Origin: an uncultured Verrucomicrobiae bacterium | Lineage (GTDB): Bacteria; Chlamydiota; Chlamydiia; Chlamydiales; Rhabdochlamydiaceae | Assembly: GCA_963806855.1 (NCBI GenBank) | Contig: CAWDYW010000001.1 | Coordinates: 256,001-320,000 of the forward strand | Direction of reading: 5' to 3' | DNA: 64,000 nucleotides | In this document: one piece after another, positions 1 to 10,499 of the stretch | Layout of the letters: each line of letters opens with the position of its first letter | Position numbering within the stretch: position 1 is the stretch's first letter | The notes under the pieces: generated by a model | Told to the model about the DNA's origin: nothing | The model's input: only the letters and a program-made list of their open reading frames with translations | Databases searched by the model: none | Translations under genes and position numbers: made by a program

Positions 1-128
1 TGGAGCCGGGGATGGCGATCACGATTGAACCGGGGCTCTATTTGCCTGGAAAAGGGGGTGTTCGCTATGAGGATACCATCATCATCACCCCGCGAGGGTA
101 TACGAACCTTTATCCTGAAAAAGAATGA
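1..128 (+). CDS. pepP: Xaa-Pro aminopeptidase (M24 family), 3' end only
   Basis: Manual translation from base 3: [29 protein letters not shown]...*. The T-I-E-P-G and G-V-R-x-E-D motifs are typical of the M24B C-terminus. Stop overlaps the next ATG (ATGA 125-128). Confidence 0.85.
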   Translation, partial: EPGMAITIEPGLYLPGKGGVRYEDTIIITPRGYTNLYPEKE

Positions 129-2488
129 GATTAAGAACACGATTATTCCTCTGGGTAGGACTCATTTTCCTTGTTGCCTTTGGGATCTCCCAGTTCTTTG
201 AGCTTTATTCGACAGATAAACATCTTAAGAAGGCGGAAGCGTCCTTGCAAGAGCAGATTCTCTCTGTCAACGAGCAGAAGCGGCAGAGGATAGAAGAGTT
301 TTTACATGTCTCAATGAGTGAAGATCAGGCGCAAATCGACTCGCTGCTGCTCCAGATTGCCCGCGATCCCCATTTTGGAGCGACCCTCTTTTTAGATCCG
401 ACAAACCTCAAATTGGTGGCCCCTTACCATGCCGCCTTCATTTTCAAGAATGACCAGTGGGCCGACTTGATCCAAACGACCAAGGATAAACAACTTACCT
501 CACTGCTCATCCCCATTGCCTATCCCATGGACGTCGCCCATCAAGTGCCGATTGATGAGGAAATTTCGTGGGTCGTTTTTGATCAAGATCGGGAGTTGCA
601 GCATCCCTATATCGGTGTTAATCTGCCCATCAATCCCAATCACAAGAAAAGCCTCTCGACTCTGATCGATGAGGAGGTTGAGGTAGATTGGACGCTGACG
701 ATCCTCTTTAATCCTGATGCCCTTGTCCATTTTGTTCCAAGAGGAGAGCTCAATCCCGAACAAGGGATCGATGGGGCAATTTTGATGCAGAGGATCCAAC
801 ATGCTATTGAATATCTCAAAACGGCAAACTTCAAGATCCCCGACAGGCAGCAACTTTTTGCAAGCCAGCCGCTTGAGCCGGGAATCAAATGTGTCGAATG
901 GAGAGGAGAGATCATCGATGCGCGCGTCATTCAGCTGATGCAGCGGGCCGATCAAGCGATCCTCCTTTCGATTCTCACCAGTATGTTTCCTGGCGGGGAG
1001 TTTGGCACTGATCTATTTGCAGTGGGAGCGCCCAAGGGAATTGCCCGCTTTACACCCAATAACACCGCAGGTCATGCAATCTTGACGACTCAGGCCTTTT
1101 TTCAAAAGAAGGCCTTCAATGATATCGCCTATTTCGACAAGCACCCTGGATCAGAGGAGTGTAAGCGAATGGGGACATCGATTGCGGTGATCGCTCCAGA
1201 AAATATGGATCGGGTCTTCATCGGCAATGCCATTATGCTGCAAGACAAAAATGGAAGTGGCTATTTGACGATCGGGATCGACATGGAGCAGATCTGCCAA
1301 GATTTGGTCCTTTCGTCGCATATGGGCGCCTTTTTGGTCCATGGGGGAAAGGTGATCAATGTTTACTCTCCGGATGGGAAAAAGTCTCCTAAGGAGACCG
1401 CGCCGTTTGATCCGAAAATGTTGCAGTCGACAAGCGGCGTCGTCAATTACCAAGGAACCGGCTATTTTTACCAGAAGATGACCCCCTTTAAGGGCATTGA
1501 TCTGCACTTTATCGTCTTCGAATTAGAGAAAGAGGCCTTTGCTCTAGTGCACACGATTGAACAGGGAAGCCGAGAGCTGATCTCGCAAGTCTCGTTCGAC
1601 ATGCGGGTCATCGGGTTGATTGCCCTGGTTGCAGTGCTACTCCTTCTCCACAATATCGCCAGAAGGATCTCCCGCCCGATTACAGCCCTTGCAAAAGTGA
1701 CAAAACAGGTAGCTGCAGGAGAGTTAGAAGACATCGAGATCCCCCCTCCTCCCGATGGAAGAAACGACGAAGTGAGCGCGCTGTGCACCTCATTCGAGCA
1801 GATGGTCGTCGGACTACGCGAAAAAGAGAAGGTGAAAGGGGTGCTCAACAAAGTGGTCTCGGCCGAGATTGCACAGGAGATTTTGAAAGGGGGGATCCAT
1901 CTTGGCGGCGAAGAGCGGAAAGTGACGGTCTTCTTTGCCGACATTCGGAGCTTCACTAAGCTATCTGCCATGCGCGAGCCCACCCGCGTGATTGAAATGC
2001 TCAACACCTGCATGACCAAAGTTTCCCATGTCATCGATGATTTTGGCGGGGTGATTGACAAGTATGTGGGAGACGAGGTGATGGCCCTTTTTGGTGCTCC
2101 AATCGAAAAAGAAGATAGCGCCCTGAAATCGATTCAATGCGCCCTCAAGATCGTCGAAACGCTTAAAGAATGGAACCAGGAGCGGAAAGCAGAGGATAAG
2201 GTGCCTATCGAGATGGGAATCGGGATCCACACGGGAATGATGATCGTTGGCAACATGGGAGCAGAAAATCGGCTCAATTACACTGTCATCGGCAGCAATG
2301 TCAATTTCGCCGCTCGTCTTTGTTCAGCGGCTCGGGGGCTTGAAATCCTCATTTCGAAAGAAACCCTAGCTGAGCCCCATGTGAGCGAAAACATCGAAGT
2401 CGAAGCTCTTGAACCGATGGAGTTGAAAGGATTTGAAGGGACCTTTATCCTTTATAGGGTATTAGGAATGAGGGTTAAAAATGTTTAG
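125..2488 (+). CDS. Membrane-bound class III adenylate cyclase with large extracytoplasmic region and HAMP domain
   Basis: N-terminal TM, second TM then HAMP (ISRPITAL...[13 protein letters not shown]). Catalytic motifs [42 protein letters not shown]. Confidence 0.9.
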   Translation: MRLRTRLFLWVGLIFLVAFGISQFFELYSTDKHLKKAEASLQEQILSVNEQKRQRIEEFLHVSMSEDQAQIDSLLLQIARDPHFGATLFLDPTNLKLVAPYHAAFIFKNDQWADLIQTTKDKQLTSLLIPIAYPMDVAHQVPIDEEISWVVFDQDRELQHPYIGVNLPINPNHKKSLSTLIDEEVEVDWTLTILFNPDALVHFVPRGELNPEQGIDGAILMQRIQHAIEYLKTANFKIPDRQQLFASQPLEPGIKCVEWRGEIIDARVIQLMQRADQAILLSILTSMFPGGEFGTDLFAVGAPKGIARFTPNNTAGHAILTTQAFFQKKAFNDIAYFDKHPGSEECKRMGTSIAVIAPENMDRVFIGNAIMLQDKNGSGYLTIGIDMEQICQDLVLSSHMGAFLVHGGKVINVYSPDGKKSPKETAPFDPKMLQSTSGVVNYQGTGYFYQKMTPFKGIDLHFIVFELEKEAFALVHTIEQGSRELISQVSFDMRVIGLIALVAVLLLLHNIARRISRPITALAKVTKQVAAGELEDIEIPPPPDGRNDEVSALCTSFEQMVVGLREKEKVKGVLNKVVSAEIAQEILKGGIHLGGEERKVTVFFADIRSFTKLSAMREPTRVIEMLNTCMTKVSHVIDDFGGVIDKYVGDEVMALFGAPIEKEDSALKSIQCALKIVETLKEWNQERKAEDKVPIEMGIGIHTGMMIVGNMGAENRLNYTVIGSNVNFAARLCSAARGLEILISKETLAEPHVSENIEVEALEPMELKGFEGTFILYRVLGMRVKNV

Positions 2489-4274
2489 CGGACTGAGCTT
2501 TAGAAAGAAGATCATTCTCAGCCAAATCATCTCCTTTATCGTTTTTTTCGCTATTCTGCTGCCTCTAATCGAGAAATTTGCCGCCCTACTCGTTCGCGAT
2601 TCTCTCATTGAGAGCACCAGCGATCTCAAAGGCCGCCTCCAAAAAGCGGGGACTGAAGAAGAGCTGATCCAATCGCTCAAGCGGCAGGAGTATTATTCCT
2701 TCTTCCGGATGAGCCTGATCAACGACAAAGGGCTCGTCATCTATGACACCCACATGGGACGACTACTTGGACCCGAATTTCACCCCTACTACCATGTCGA
2801 GCACAACGAGGTTAAAGAGGCTCTCGAGAAGGGGGTGGGTTACGTCATTTCCAAGTCAGATACATTTGGGGGCAAGTTTGCCTATGTGGCCGAAACGTTC
2901 CAATTCCAGGGGAAAACCTACATACTGAGGACCGCCTTCCCGTACGAAGAGGTGCTCGACTTAACAGGTCACTTTAAAGTTGGGGTATTAATCTATTCCT
3001 TCATCCTCCTCCTCTTCTTCAACGTCTTGATCTGGATGATCATTAGCCGCTTCACTCAGCCGATCCGCTCGATCATCAGCGCTATCACCCCCTACCAACA
3101 AGGAGAGCAGGCCGAGCTGCCCGAAATCTCCCTTCCCAAGACCACCGGTCCAAAGGACGAATTCCAAAGACTCGCCAGCGCTTTCAACTCCCTCTCTGCC
3201 CGGATCCAAAAACAGATTGACGACCTCCGTTCAGAGCGCAATGAAAAAGAGGCGATCCTCGAGTCTCTCGGCGAAGGGGTCATCGCCGTCAACGAGAAGA
3301 TGGAGGTGCTCTACATCAACTTCATCGCCTGCAAGATGCTCGGACTCAGCCGGCGCAACGTCCTCGGCAAACCGCTAAAGGGTGATGGGGAAAAAATCCA
3401 CCATGACCTGCTCCAAAAATGCCAAACCCTCCTCACCCGCAGCCAGCAACAGAGCAGTACCTTGAGCGATTCTCTCGTCTTTGGCAAAGAGCGCAAGACC
3501 TACATCGACCTTGTCGCAGCACCCAAAGCACATGGCATGGGGGCGATCATCGTCATACAAGACAAAACGAGCCACTACCGGGTCCTTGAGATGGGTAAAG
3601 ACTTCGTAGCCAATGCCTCCCACGAGCTCCGCACCCCCATCACCATCATCAAAGGCTATGCCGAGACCCTCCACGATATGCCTGAGCTCAAGGCCAATCA
3701 AGTCGCCGAAATCACCGAAAAGATCGGCCGCAGCTGCATCAGAATGGAGAATCTAGTCAATAATCTCCTCCGACTTGCCAATATTGAAAATATGACTGAC
3801 AACCAATTCCTCGACTGCAACTTGATTCCCATCATCGAGAACAGCGTCCATATGCTGAAATCGGTCTACCCAGGTGCCCAAGTGGAATTTAAAAAGAGCA
3901 TCGATGAAGTGCAGCTCAAAGCCGATAGCGGGTTTTTGGAGCTCGCTTTCACAAATATTCTCGAGAATGCGGCCAAGTACTCCGACCCACCCGCCAAAAT
4001 TCAAATTACCGTCAATGTAGAAGAGGAAGAAGCTGTAATAGAGATTAGTGATCAGGGGCGAGGGATCCCGGCGGACGATCTTCCCTACATTTTCGAGCGG
4101 TTTTATCGAGTAGACAAAACCCATTCGCGCCGATTAGGTGGAGCAGGCCTTGGCCTCTCCATCGTCAAGACCATCATCTCAAAGCACGATGGAACGATCA
4201 CAGCCGTCTCAGAACTAGGCAAGGGCACGACATTTAGAATTGTGCTTCCGCTGCATCACCATAATCGCTTCTAA
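2481..4274 (+). CDS. PhoR-like sensor histidine kinase (TM-HAMP-PAS-HisKA-HATPase)
   Basis: H-box FVANASHELRTPIT, N-box NILENAAKYS, G1 DQGRGI, F-box IFERFYRVDK, G2 GGAGLGLSI, PAS-like ESLGEGVIAVN. Confidence 0.92.
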   Translation: MFSGLSFRKKIILSQIISFIVFFAILLPLIEKFAALLVRDSLIESTSDLKGRLQKAGTEEELIQSLKRQEYYSFFRMSLINDKGLVIYDTHMGRLLGPEFHPYYHVEHNEVKEALEKGVGYVISKSDTFGGKFAYVAETFQFQGKTYILRTAFPYEEVLDLTGHFKVGVLIYSFILLLFFNVLIWMIISRFTQPIRSIISAITPYQQGEQAELPEISLPKTTGPKDEFQRLASAFNSLSARIQKQIDDLRSERNEKEAILESLGEGVIAVNEKMEVLYINFIACKMLGLSRRNVLGKPLKGDGEKIHHDLLQKCQTLLTRSQQQSSTLSDSLVFGKERKTYIDLVAAPKAHGMGAIIVIQDKTSHYRVLEMGKDFVANASHELRTPITIIKGYAETLHDMPELKANQVAEITEKIGRSCIRMENLVNNLLRLANIENMTDNQFLDCNLIPIIENSVHMLKSVYPGAQVEFKKSIDEVQLKADSGFLELAFTNILENAAKYSDPPAKIQITVNVEEEEAVIEISDQGRGIPADDLPYIFERFYRVDKTHSRRLGGAGLGLSIVKTIISKHDGTITAVSELGKGTTFRIVLPLHHHNRF

Positions 4275-4285
4275 TATAGTTAGGC

Positions 4286-4380
4286 CTGTTTCAACGCAAA
4301 GACGCAAAGTTCGCAAAGACGCAAAAAAAAATAAAAATTTTCCTGCGTCTTTGCGCCTTTGCGTCTTTGCGTTGAAACAG
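4286..4380. repeat. Palindromic element built from CGCAAAGA/CGCAAAGG octamers (REP/MITE-like), copy 1; may also act as a bidirectional terminator
   Basis: Left arm ctgtttcaacgcaaagacgcaaag...cgcaaagacgca pairs with right arm tgcgtctttgcgcctttgcgtctttgcgttgaaacag around an A/T loop. It lies between convergent genes. Confidence 0.85.
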
Positions 4381-4398
4381 ATTTAACTAGTGGTCTAA

Positions 4399-4563
4399 TT
4401 AAGGTTGACATCCATCCAGTTCTCTCCCTGTATTTTTATCCCTTTCAATGTCAATATCAACATTCGGAAGAGGGGCTTCCTGAAAAAACTCTAACAAAGT
4501 GTTTTCAAATTCACTTGTAGAAAAAGCTCTATCCACATGGCTGTTCTTCTTATTTTTGGACAT
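4399..4563 (-). CDS. Small 54-aa ORF resembling the C-terminal half of type II antitoxins (possible remnant)
   Basis: Manual translation MSKNKKNSHVDRAFSTSEFENTLLEFFQEAPLPNVDIDIERDKNTGRELDGCQP. The LLEFF..APL..VD.DIERDK..GRE pattern is recalled from Phd/VapB-type antitoxin tails. Below the ORF-track size cutoff. Confidence 0.4.
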   Translation of the reverse strand: MSKNKKNSHVDRAFSTSEFENTLLEFFQEAPLPNVDIDIERDKNTGRELDGCQP

Positions 4564-4574
4564 ACGTACCTATT

Positions 4575-5444
4575 TTACAAATTGATTCTCATCTGCATCT
4601 TTGTTTTCTCATCCTGGACAATCTCCTGAGAGGTCTTGTCAACTGCGTTGCTGAACTGGAGCAATGGTTCGAAGTCGCTCAGGTTCTGCTGGATTTTTTT
4701 GAGAAATGCATCTAATTCTGTTTTGCTTAAGTGCTTCGTCTTGTGATCGATTTCCCACTTGCGCTGCTCCTCAATGAGGATTTGCTCACATATTTTCTCG
4801 CCGAAGACTGCAGAAAGAACTGGACGGTATGCTGTATAAAAGTTGATTGGCTTGGTCGGTTTCCCTTCCAGGCTCAAGAAATCTCCCAGAGCGGGATATC
4901 CTTTATCCTTCCCTAACTCATAATATTGGGTCCCTTTGATCAACTTGTAGAAAAGAGCGTTGCTTCCGCTGGAAATCTTCGGCAAAAGCTCTTCAAAACT
5001 ATTGACAGAAGGATGCAGCTTTAAGGTTGCAATCAGAGTGGCGAGCACCTCATGTTCCAAATTCGGGGTATAGATGCCGGTCCGCCCATAGATCTGTCTC
5101 AGTAGTGTTAGGACAACTTTTTCTAATTGTGGATTTCCTTGATCCGCAGCTAGTTTTTTTATGTTGATCTTCCGATTATTGTAGCTAGATCGTTTATCAC
5201 GTGGGGATTTAAACTTTATATTCTCATTTTTTTCCGCTTCTGTTTTCTCGTCAGAATCATCCCCTTTCCCCTTTTGGTCTTTATAGATCTCATTTTGGAT
5301 TTTACTAGCATAAGTTCGCTCAACGGCCAAGGCGCCAGTGTAGTGGAATTTCTCTTGGATCGCCGCGCGCACAGAATGGAGAAAGGTGTAGGAACCGATC
5401 GCAAAGAGGATGATAAAAGCTGAAACCAAAGGAAGGACGTTCAT
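4575..5444 (-). CDS. Chlamydial T2SS-cluster membrane-anchored protein (GspK-like position)
   Basis: Start moved to the ATG at 5444 (TGATG overlap with the upstream gene). N-terminal TM MNVLPLVSAFIILFAIG. Third gene of an operon with two pseudopilin-like genes. Confidence 0.6.
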   Translation of the reverse strand: MNVLPLVSAFIILFAIGSYTFLHSVRAAIQEKFHYTGALAVERTYASKIQNEIYKDQKGKGDDSDEKTEAEKNENIKFKSPRDKRSSYNNRKINIKKLAADQGNPQLEKVVLTLLRQIYGRTGIYTPNLEHEVLATLIATLKLHPSVNSFEELLPKISSGSNALFYKLIKGTQYYELGKDKGYPALGDFLSLEGKPTKPINFYTAYRPVLSAVFGEKICEQILIEEQRKWEIDHKTKHLSKTELDAFLKKIQQNLSDFEPLLQFSNAVDKTSQEIVQDEKTKMQMRINL

Positions 5445-5989
5445 CAGTAAACCACCATCCTGTTGCCATGGGGGAGAACAAATTGAAATGTTTTGCCGCA
5501 GATCGCTATTTGGGCAATCGGTGGAAGAACCGTTTGCGACCAATCGCTCACCCATTTTTTGGAGACGGGATCGAAGAACTGGAGCGAGTAATCTTTTCCA
5601 TTTTTGACAAAGATCTCTTTCCTCTCGGAGCCACCTTTAGATTGAATCACTAGGCAGAGCTCTTTTTCCTTGCTTAGGAAGAGAAAGCCCTCCAATTCTT
5701 GGCAAAACTTTGGGTCGGCATCGATGCCGTTGTTAAACATGAAGTGGAGCGCTTTGGGAGCGATGTCTCGATAGGGCTCTGTTGTGAAGAGCGCATCGGA
5801 ATGGATCGCTTCGAAAATTTGTGTGAGCCGCACATTGAGCACATATTCCCAATGCTTCTCTTGGTGCATCTTGGAGAGTTTGGCATTGGTCTGCATCAGC
5901 TCACGAAAGCTCGAGAAGAGGGTGGTGAGCAAAATCGATGCGAGCGCAAGGCTGATCATCACTTCCAGTAGACTGAGAGGGCGCTTCAT
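5444..5989 (-). CDS. Pseudopilin-like protein (type II secretion, GspJ-like)
   Basis: Prepilin-like N-terminus KRP-LSLLEVMISLALASILL with Glu at +5. Confidence 0.7.
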   Translation of the reverse strand: MKRPLSLLEVMISLALASILLTTLFSSFRELMQTNAKLSKMHQEKHWEYVLNVRLTQIFEAIHSDALFTTEPYRDIAPKALHFMFNNGIDADPKFCQELEGFLFLSKEKELCLVIQSKGGSERKEIFVKNGKDYSLQFFDPVSKKWVSDWSQTVLPPIAQIAICGKTFQFVLPHGNRMVVY

Positions 5990-6447
5990 TTGACCCCCTT
6001 TTTCTGGGCGACGATATCGCTTGCAGCTATTAGAGCGGTCTCTTTCTTTTTCTGATCGATAAATTCCACTTCGAGATGAAGCAAAACCGTCTCGGTCTTA
6101 TCTTCGCTGACTTTTGGCTTTGTCTTCTCAATAGACACTTTTTTTATGTAGCTCTTTGACCAGCCGCTGAAGGGCTCAACTTTTACCTCTTCGCCAATAC
6201 ACATCTCTATTTTTCCCCCCTCCTTGCCGAAAAGCTTGCTCTGGCTAATGTCCTTTTTATACAGCTGAATTTGGAGGTTGATCAATTCGCTTTGAGCCAG
6301 TTTTTCAAGCTCCATCTCATAGAGAAGATCGATCTCTTTGCGCATGTGTTCGAAAGGATAATGGAGGAAGGGAAAAATCGAAAGGCTCACCAAGGCGAAG
6401 GCGATTAAAATCTCGAAAAGGACAAAGTGGCGACGCTTCATTGACAT
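5986..6447 (-). CDS. Pseudopilin-like protein (type II secretion, GspI-like)
   Basis: KRRH-FVLFEILIAFALV prepilin-like motif. ATGA coupling to the next gene. Confidence 0.7.
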   Translation of the reverse strand: MSMKRRHFVLFEILIAFALVSLSIFPFLHYPFEHMRKEIDLLYEMELEKLAQSELINLQIQLYKKDISQSKLFGKEGGKIEMCIGEEVKVEPFSGWSKSYIKKVSIEKTKPKVSEDKTETVLLHLEVEFIDQKKKETALIAASDIVAQKKGVK

Positions 6448-6469
6448 TTTTTACAAATAAACATATCAT
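6441..6469 (+). promoter_or_regulatory. Sigma70/sigma66-type promoter for the 6499 gene
   Basis: TTGACA (6441-6446), 17 bp spacer, TATCAT (6464-6469), about 30 bp upstream of the ATG. Confidence 0.6.
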
Positions 6470-6498
6470 AAAAAGCCTATTTCATTTACTTAAAAAGT

Positions 6499-7485
6499 AT
6501 GGAAACAAGAGGCCGCGCCCTTTATAATCTTATTTTGATGAATTGGCAGGAGGATCCTACCCTTCCCGTTGAACAGTGGCAAGTCGAGGACTACCGTAGC
6601 CTTTCGACAAAAGAACTTTTCAAACGATTAAAGGGACTTGGGATTCCTCTGGATGAGGCCCGCTTCCACAGCTATGCTGAAGCGAGCGATTCTCCCGAAG
6701 AGTTGGCCGATGCCCTGGTCGTCGATGAGGAATTAGACCGTTTCGATGAGGCCTATCTCCTTGTATTTGAACTGTGGCGCCGCCTTCTGCCGGAGAAAGA
6801 ATCACTTTCGATTTTTTGTGACCAGCTCGACTATCTGATCCACCTCTATGATCAAGATCAACTCGATAATGAAGAGACCTTGAACAATGCCCTCGCTGAA
6901 TTTGAGCGGATCCTAGACGAAAATGTCGACCAGGGGGAAGATCCACAAACCCTGTTTCAAGAGATCGCTCTCTATTGTGCCCATGACATTCAGAGTTTCA
7001 TTTACGACTATGCTTCTGACCAGATTGATCATGGTCGCGCGCTCTATGCCTCTGAGCTGATCGACGGATTTGCTCCCTACATCACCGAGGCCAACTGGTT
7101 TGATTTTTTGCAGATGAGACTGCTCGCTGCTGTCGATCCTGAAGAGGGAGAAGTGATGCTCGATCGGATTCTAGAGGACAATCCCGATTTTGAGCTGCTC
7201 CTTGAGATTGCCCGCTACCTAGTCAATCAAGGCGATGTCAGCCATTTCCTCAGAGTGGTCAAATTAGCGCGCAATCTTCTAGAAACAGAACAGGATTTTC
7301 AAGAATTACTCGCCATCACAAGTGAGTTCTACCGCCTTCTCGATCGAGAAGAGGAGTCCCAGAAAGTATTTGATATCCTGAAACAGCGGCAAGGGATTCC
7401 GCTCGAAAAAGAGATCGCCTCAAACGACAAGCACTTCAAAGAGTACTTCAAACTATTTGAGGACCTCGATCGGAGTGAAGCCTAA
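6499..7485 (+). CDS. Acidic, helical hypothetical protein
   Basis: 328-aa ORF with its own promoter. No catalytic motif recognised. Confidence 0.75.
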   Translation: METRGRALYNLILMNWQEDPTLPVEQWQVEDYRSLSTKELFKRLKGLGIPLDEARFHSYAEASDSPEELADALVVDEELDRFDEAYLLVFELWRRLLPEKESLSIFCDQLDYLIHLYDQDQLDNEETLNNALAEFERILDENVDQGEDPQTLFQEIALYCAHDIQSFIYDYASDQIDHGRALYASELIDGFAPYITEANWFDFLQMRLLAAVDPEEGEVMLDRILEDNPDFELLLEIARYLVNQGDVSHFLRVVKLARNLLETEQDFQELLAITSEFYRLLDREEESQKVFDILKQRQGIPLEKEIASNDKHFKEYFKLFEDLDRSEA

Positions 7486-8211
7486 ATAATCTGCCGATGC
7501 GAAGAGGTATTTGACCCCTCTAGCTGTCCCGAAAGGCAAGCTCTTCTCCCTGAGATTATGCAAGTGGCCAAAGACACAGATATCGATCTTAAAATCCTCT
7601 AAAATCGCCGACGCTCTACTTGGAAGCAAATCTTTTCCAATCGGCGGATAATGGGTGAGAGCAATGCGCACGCTAGCCTCGGGGTCCAACTGCTCCAAAC
7701 TCAATTTCAGCCGCTCCAATTCTCTGACGAAAATCCGCTCCGCTTCTTCCTTCTTGGCTGCAATCTCCTCCGCGCTGAGTTTTTTGGCGCGGGGGTTTTC
7801 GACATATTCGGTCACATCCCCAAAGCCATATTCATTGGTATCCCAAAGGCGGGCGCCTCCGAAGGTGATCCCATTCCAGTTAAAGGCATTATTCTGAATG
7901 AAGTGGATGCTCGGAGGTAGAATCCCCCTCAATTTCGCTGCTGATGGCCACCAATAGTCGTGATTGCCCCTGATGATCAACTTATCGCCGGGCAGTCGAT
8001 CGATCCAATCTAGGTCTTTGAGCGCTTCGTCGAGCTGCATTGCCCACGAGATATCGCCAGGGACCAGCACTAGGTCGCCCGGTTTGACCACCCTCTCCCA
8101 ATTCTCCTTGATCCGCTCAGCGTAGTTGTGCCATGCGGTGCCAAAGACCTCCATGGTCTTAGCCGGCGCGCCAAATGCCAGGTGCAAATCTGATAAAGCC
8201 CATATGGTCAT
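7453..8211 (-). CDS. Calcineurin-like metallophosphoesterase
   Basis: DLH, PGDISW, RGNHDYW, THYPP and GHLH motifs. Confidence 0.9.
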   Translation of the reverse strand: MTIWALSDLHLAFGAPAKTMEVFGTAWHNYAERIKENWERVVKPGDLVLVPGDISWAMQLDEALKDLDWIDRLPGDKLIIRGNHDYWWPSAAKLRGILPPSIHFIQNNAFNWNGITFGGARLWDTNEYGFGDVTEYVENPRAKKLSAEEIAAKKEEAERIFVRELERLKLSLEQLDPEASVRIALTHYPPIGKDLLPSRASAILEDFKIDICVFGHLHNLREKSLPFGTARGVKYLFASADYLGFTPIEVLK

Positions 8212-8237
8212 GGGTTCATGTTAACAGATCGAACGAT

Positions 8238-9569
8238 TCAAAGCACAAAGTTGTCGGGGATTTCGGTGCCGGAAGTGACGACAATGATCCCATCGCGGAT
8301 GAAGATGCCGTCGCCTTCGTATTTGTCGAGATTGTCTTTGTTGATCAATTGGACGTTATTACCGATGCGGCACTCTTCGTCGATGATCGCCTTGGAGATA
8401 ACGCAATTTTCCCCAATCGAATAGTACTGGTTGGCCGGCATCACCTGATTGAGGAACGGGTGGTAGGTCCGGTTGCCGGCGATGATCGAATCGCGGATCA
8501 CTGTCCCTTTTTTGATGAGACTCCGGACGCCGACGATGCTGTGCTCGATTGATTCAGCCTCAATGATCGACCCTTGGCCGATGAGCGAGCCTTTGATGCG
8601 GGTCCCCAGGATCATCGCATTGGGGACATGCTGGGGGGCGGCGTAGATCCGGTTGTCCTCGATGTAGGTATTGAGCCCTTTGCCTTCGGTCAGGAGCAAA
8701 TTCGCTTGATAATAGGAGGCAACGGTTCCGATGTCTTCCCAGTAGCCTTCATAAAGGTAGGCGCAACATTTCGCACGATGGATGAATTTCGGGATCAGGT
8801 CGCGGCCAAAATCGTCGCCCCCTTGCTCGAGGATGTCGATGAGGGCTTGCCGTTTGAAAATGTAGATTCCCATCGAGGCAAGATACTGGGTTTTATCTGT
8901 CGTTTTGCCATTTTCCTTCAGAAAAGCACTTGAGAGCTCATACTGTTTTAAGATATTGGGATCTTGCGGTTTCTCATGGAATTCGGTGATCGTACTCATC
9001 GCATTGATCTTCAGCAGACCCATCCGCTTGGCTTCAGGTTCGAGGACAGGGAGGGCTGCAATCACCATGTCGGCATCTTTGCTGGTCGCGAAATTGAGCA
9101 TCGCGATGAGATCCATGTTGTAAAGCTGGTCTCCCGAGAGGATTAAGAACCATTCGGCATTTGAGCGGAGGATGTAGTCGAGCGATTGCCGGATCGCATC
9201 GGCGGTTCCTTTGAACCACTCTTTCCCTTTGGCGGTCTCTTGGGGGGTGAGGAGCTCGAGCCCGCCTGTGCGGAACATATCGAGCTGGTAAGTGGTTAGG
9301 ATATGCTGATGGAGCTCGGAAGCGAAGTATTGTGAGATGACGAAGATCTGGTTGATATTGGAGTTAAGCGAGTTAGAGAGGGGGACATCGATGAGACGGT
9401 AGCGGCCGCCGAAAGAAACGGCCGGTTTACAGCGGGTTGCGGTGAGGGGGTGAAGGCGGGTTCCCTGTCCTCCAGCTAAAATAATGGTGGCGACCTTCTT
9501 AAAAAAGTCATCCCCTTGTTTCTTGCTGATTAAATCTCTTGCATTCATCTTATACTTTACAATTAGCAT
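8238..9569 (-). CDS. glgC: Glucose-1-phosphate adenylyltransferase
   Basis: ILAGGQGTRLHPLT, KPAVSFGGRYRLID, WFKGTADA, LSGDQLY, ASMGIYIF, YWEDIGT. True start may be the ATG at 9548. Confidence 0.96.
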   Translation of the reverse strand: MLIVKYKMNARDLISKKQGDDFFKKVATIILAGGQGTRLHPLTATRCKPAVSFGGRYRLIDVPLSNSLNSNINQIFVISQYFASELHQHILTTYQLDMFRTGGLELLTPQETAKGKEWFKGTADAIRQSLDYILRSNAEWFLILSGDQLYNMDLIAMLNFATSKDADMVIAALPVLEPEAKRMGLLKINAMSTITEFHEKPQDPNILKQYELSSAFLKENGKTTDKTQYLASMGIYIFKRQALIDILEQGGDDFGRDLIPKFIHRAKCCAYLYEGYWEDIGTVASYYQANLLLTEGKGLNTYIEDNRIYAAPQHVPNAMILGTRIKGSLIGQGSIIEAESIEHSIVGVRSLIKKGTVIRDSIIAGNRTYHPFLNQVMPANQYYSIGENCVISKAIIDEECRIGNNVQLINKDNLDKYEGDGIFIRDGIIVVTSGTEIPDNFVL

Positions 9570-9605
9570 GAATTACAATTAACTATCTAAGTATTTCTTA
9601 TGTGA

Positions 9606-10499
9606 TTAATTTTGAACGCCAAATCGACCAAGGAAATAGTCTCGAATGCCCGCTAAGGCCGCTCTAGACTTGCGGCGAAGATCGGGAGGGGTCTTTGGGG
9701 AGAGGGAGAGCTGGATGAGGCGCAAAAACTCGGGAATGTCGTTTTTTCGCCATCGTTTCTGGGTGTTGCGCCGATGAAAAAGGAGTCGATTCCGATAGTA
9801 ATAATACTGCCAAGTAGGGCCCCGGTTTCCCTCAGGAAATGAAGCGGAAACTTTATGCCAAACACGGGCTTTGGGGACGTATAGGCATTTGTAGCCAGCT
9901 CTGCGGATGCGATAGCACCAATCGATCTCTTCCCAAATGAGAAAGTATTCAGGCGCAAGCAATCCTACTTTCTCGATCACTTCGGCCCGGACCGCCAAAG
10001 CGCAGCCGCAAATGTATTCGGTCTCTTTTTCTTCATTATATCCTTCAGTTGCGCCACAGCCTATGTGGTAGCAGCTGCCCGTTTTCTGATCGACGCCTCC
10101 CCCGGCATGCCAGATGGTGGCTGGCTCGTCGTAGAAATAGATCTTTGTTCCAAAGACGCCGGCGTTTGGGTGATTTTGGGCAGCTTTGGCTAGCTCTGAG
10201 AGAAGATGGGGGGAGACGATGGTGTCATTGTTGAGCAATAAGAGCAGCTTGCCGCCCCGTTTTAGACCTTCGCAGAGGCCCCGATTATTCCCTTCAGCAT
10301 ACCCGAGGTTTTCCCCATTTTCCAAAATATAGAGGTGCGGATATTGGGTTCTAATTTTTATAAGTGAATCATCGGTCGAGCCGTTGTCGACCAGGATGAT
10401 TTCATAATTGGAGTAATCGATTTTGTCTAGCGAAGCAAGGCACTCGAGGGTGTCAGGAGCGTTGTTCCAATTCAGGACGATGACGACAATTTTAAACAT
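9606..10499 (-). CDS. Family 2 glycosyltransferase
   Basis: VLNWN, VDNGSTD, NLGYAEGNN, LLNNDT, EEIDWCYR. Confidence 0.9.
   Translation of the reverse strand: MFKIVVIVLNWNNAPDTLECLASLDKIDYSNYEIILVDNGSTDDSLIKIRTQYPHLYILENGENLGYAEGNNRGLCEGLKRGGKLLLLLNNDTIVSPHLLSELAKAAQNHPNAGVFGTKIYFYDEPATIWHAGGGVDQKTGSCYHIGCGATEGYNEEKETEYICGCALAVRAEVIEKVGLLAPEYFLIWEEIDWCYRIRRAGYKCLYVPKARVWHKVSASFPEGNRGPTWQYYYYRNRLLFHRRNTQKRWRKNDIPEFLRLIQLSLSPKTPPDLRRKSRAALAGIRDYFLGRFGVQN

Noticed and set aside
4286..4380. CGCAAAGA repeats as CRISPR or tRNA
   Set aside because: Octamer tandem inverted structure with no spacers and no cloverleaf.
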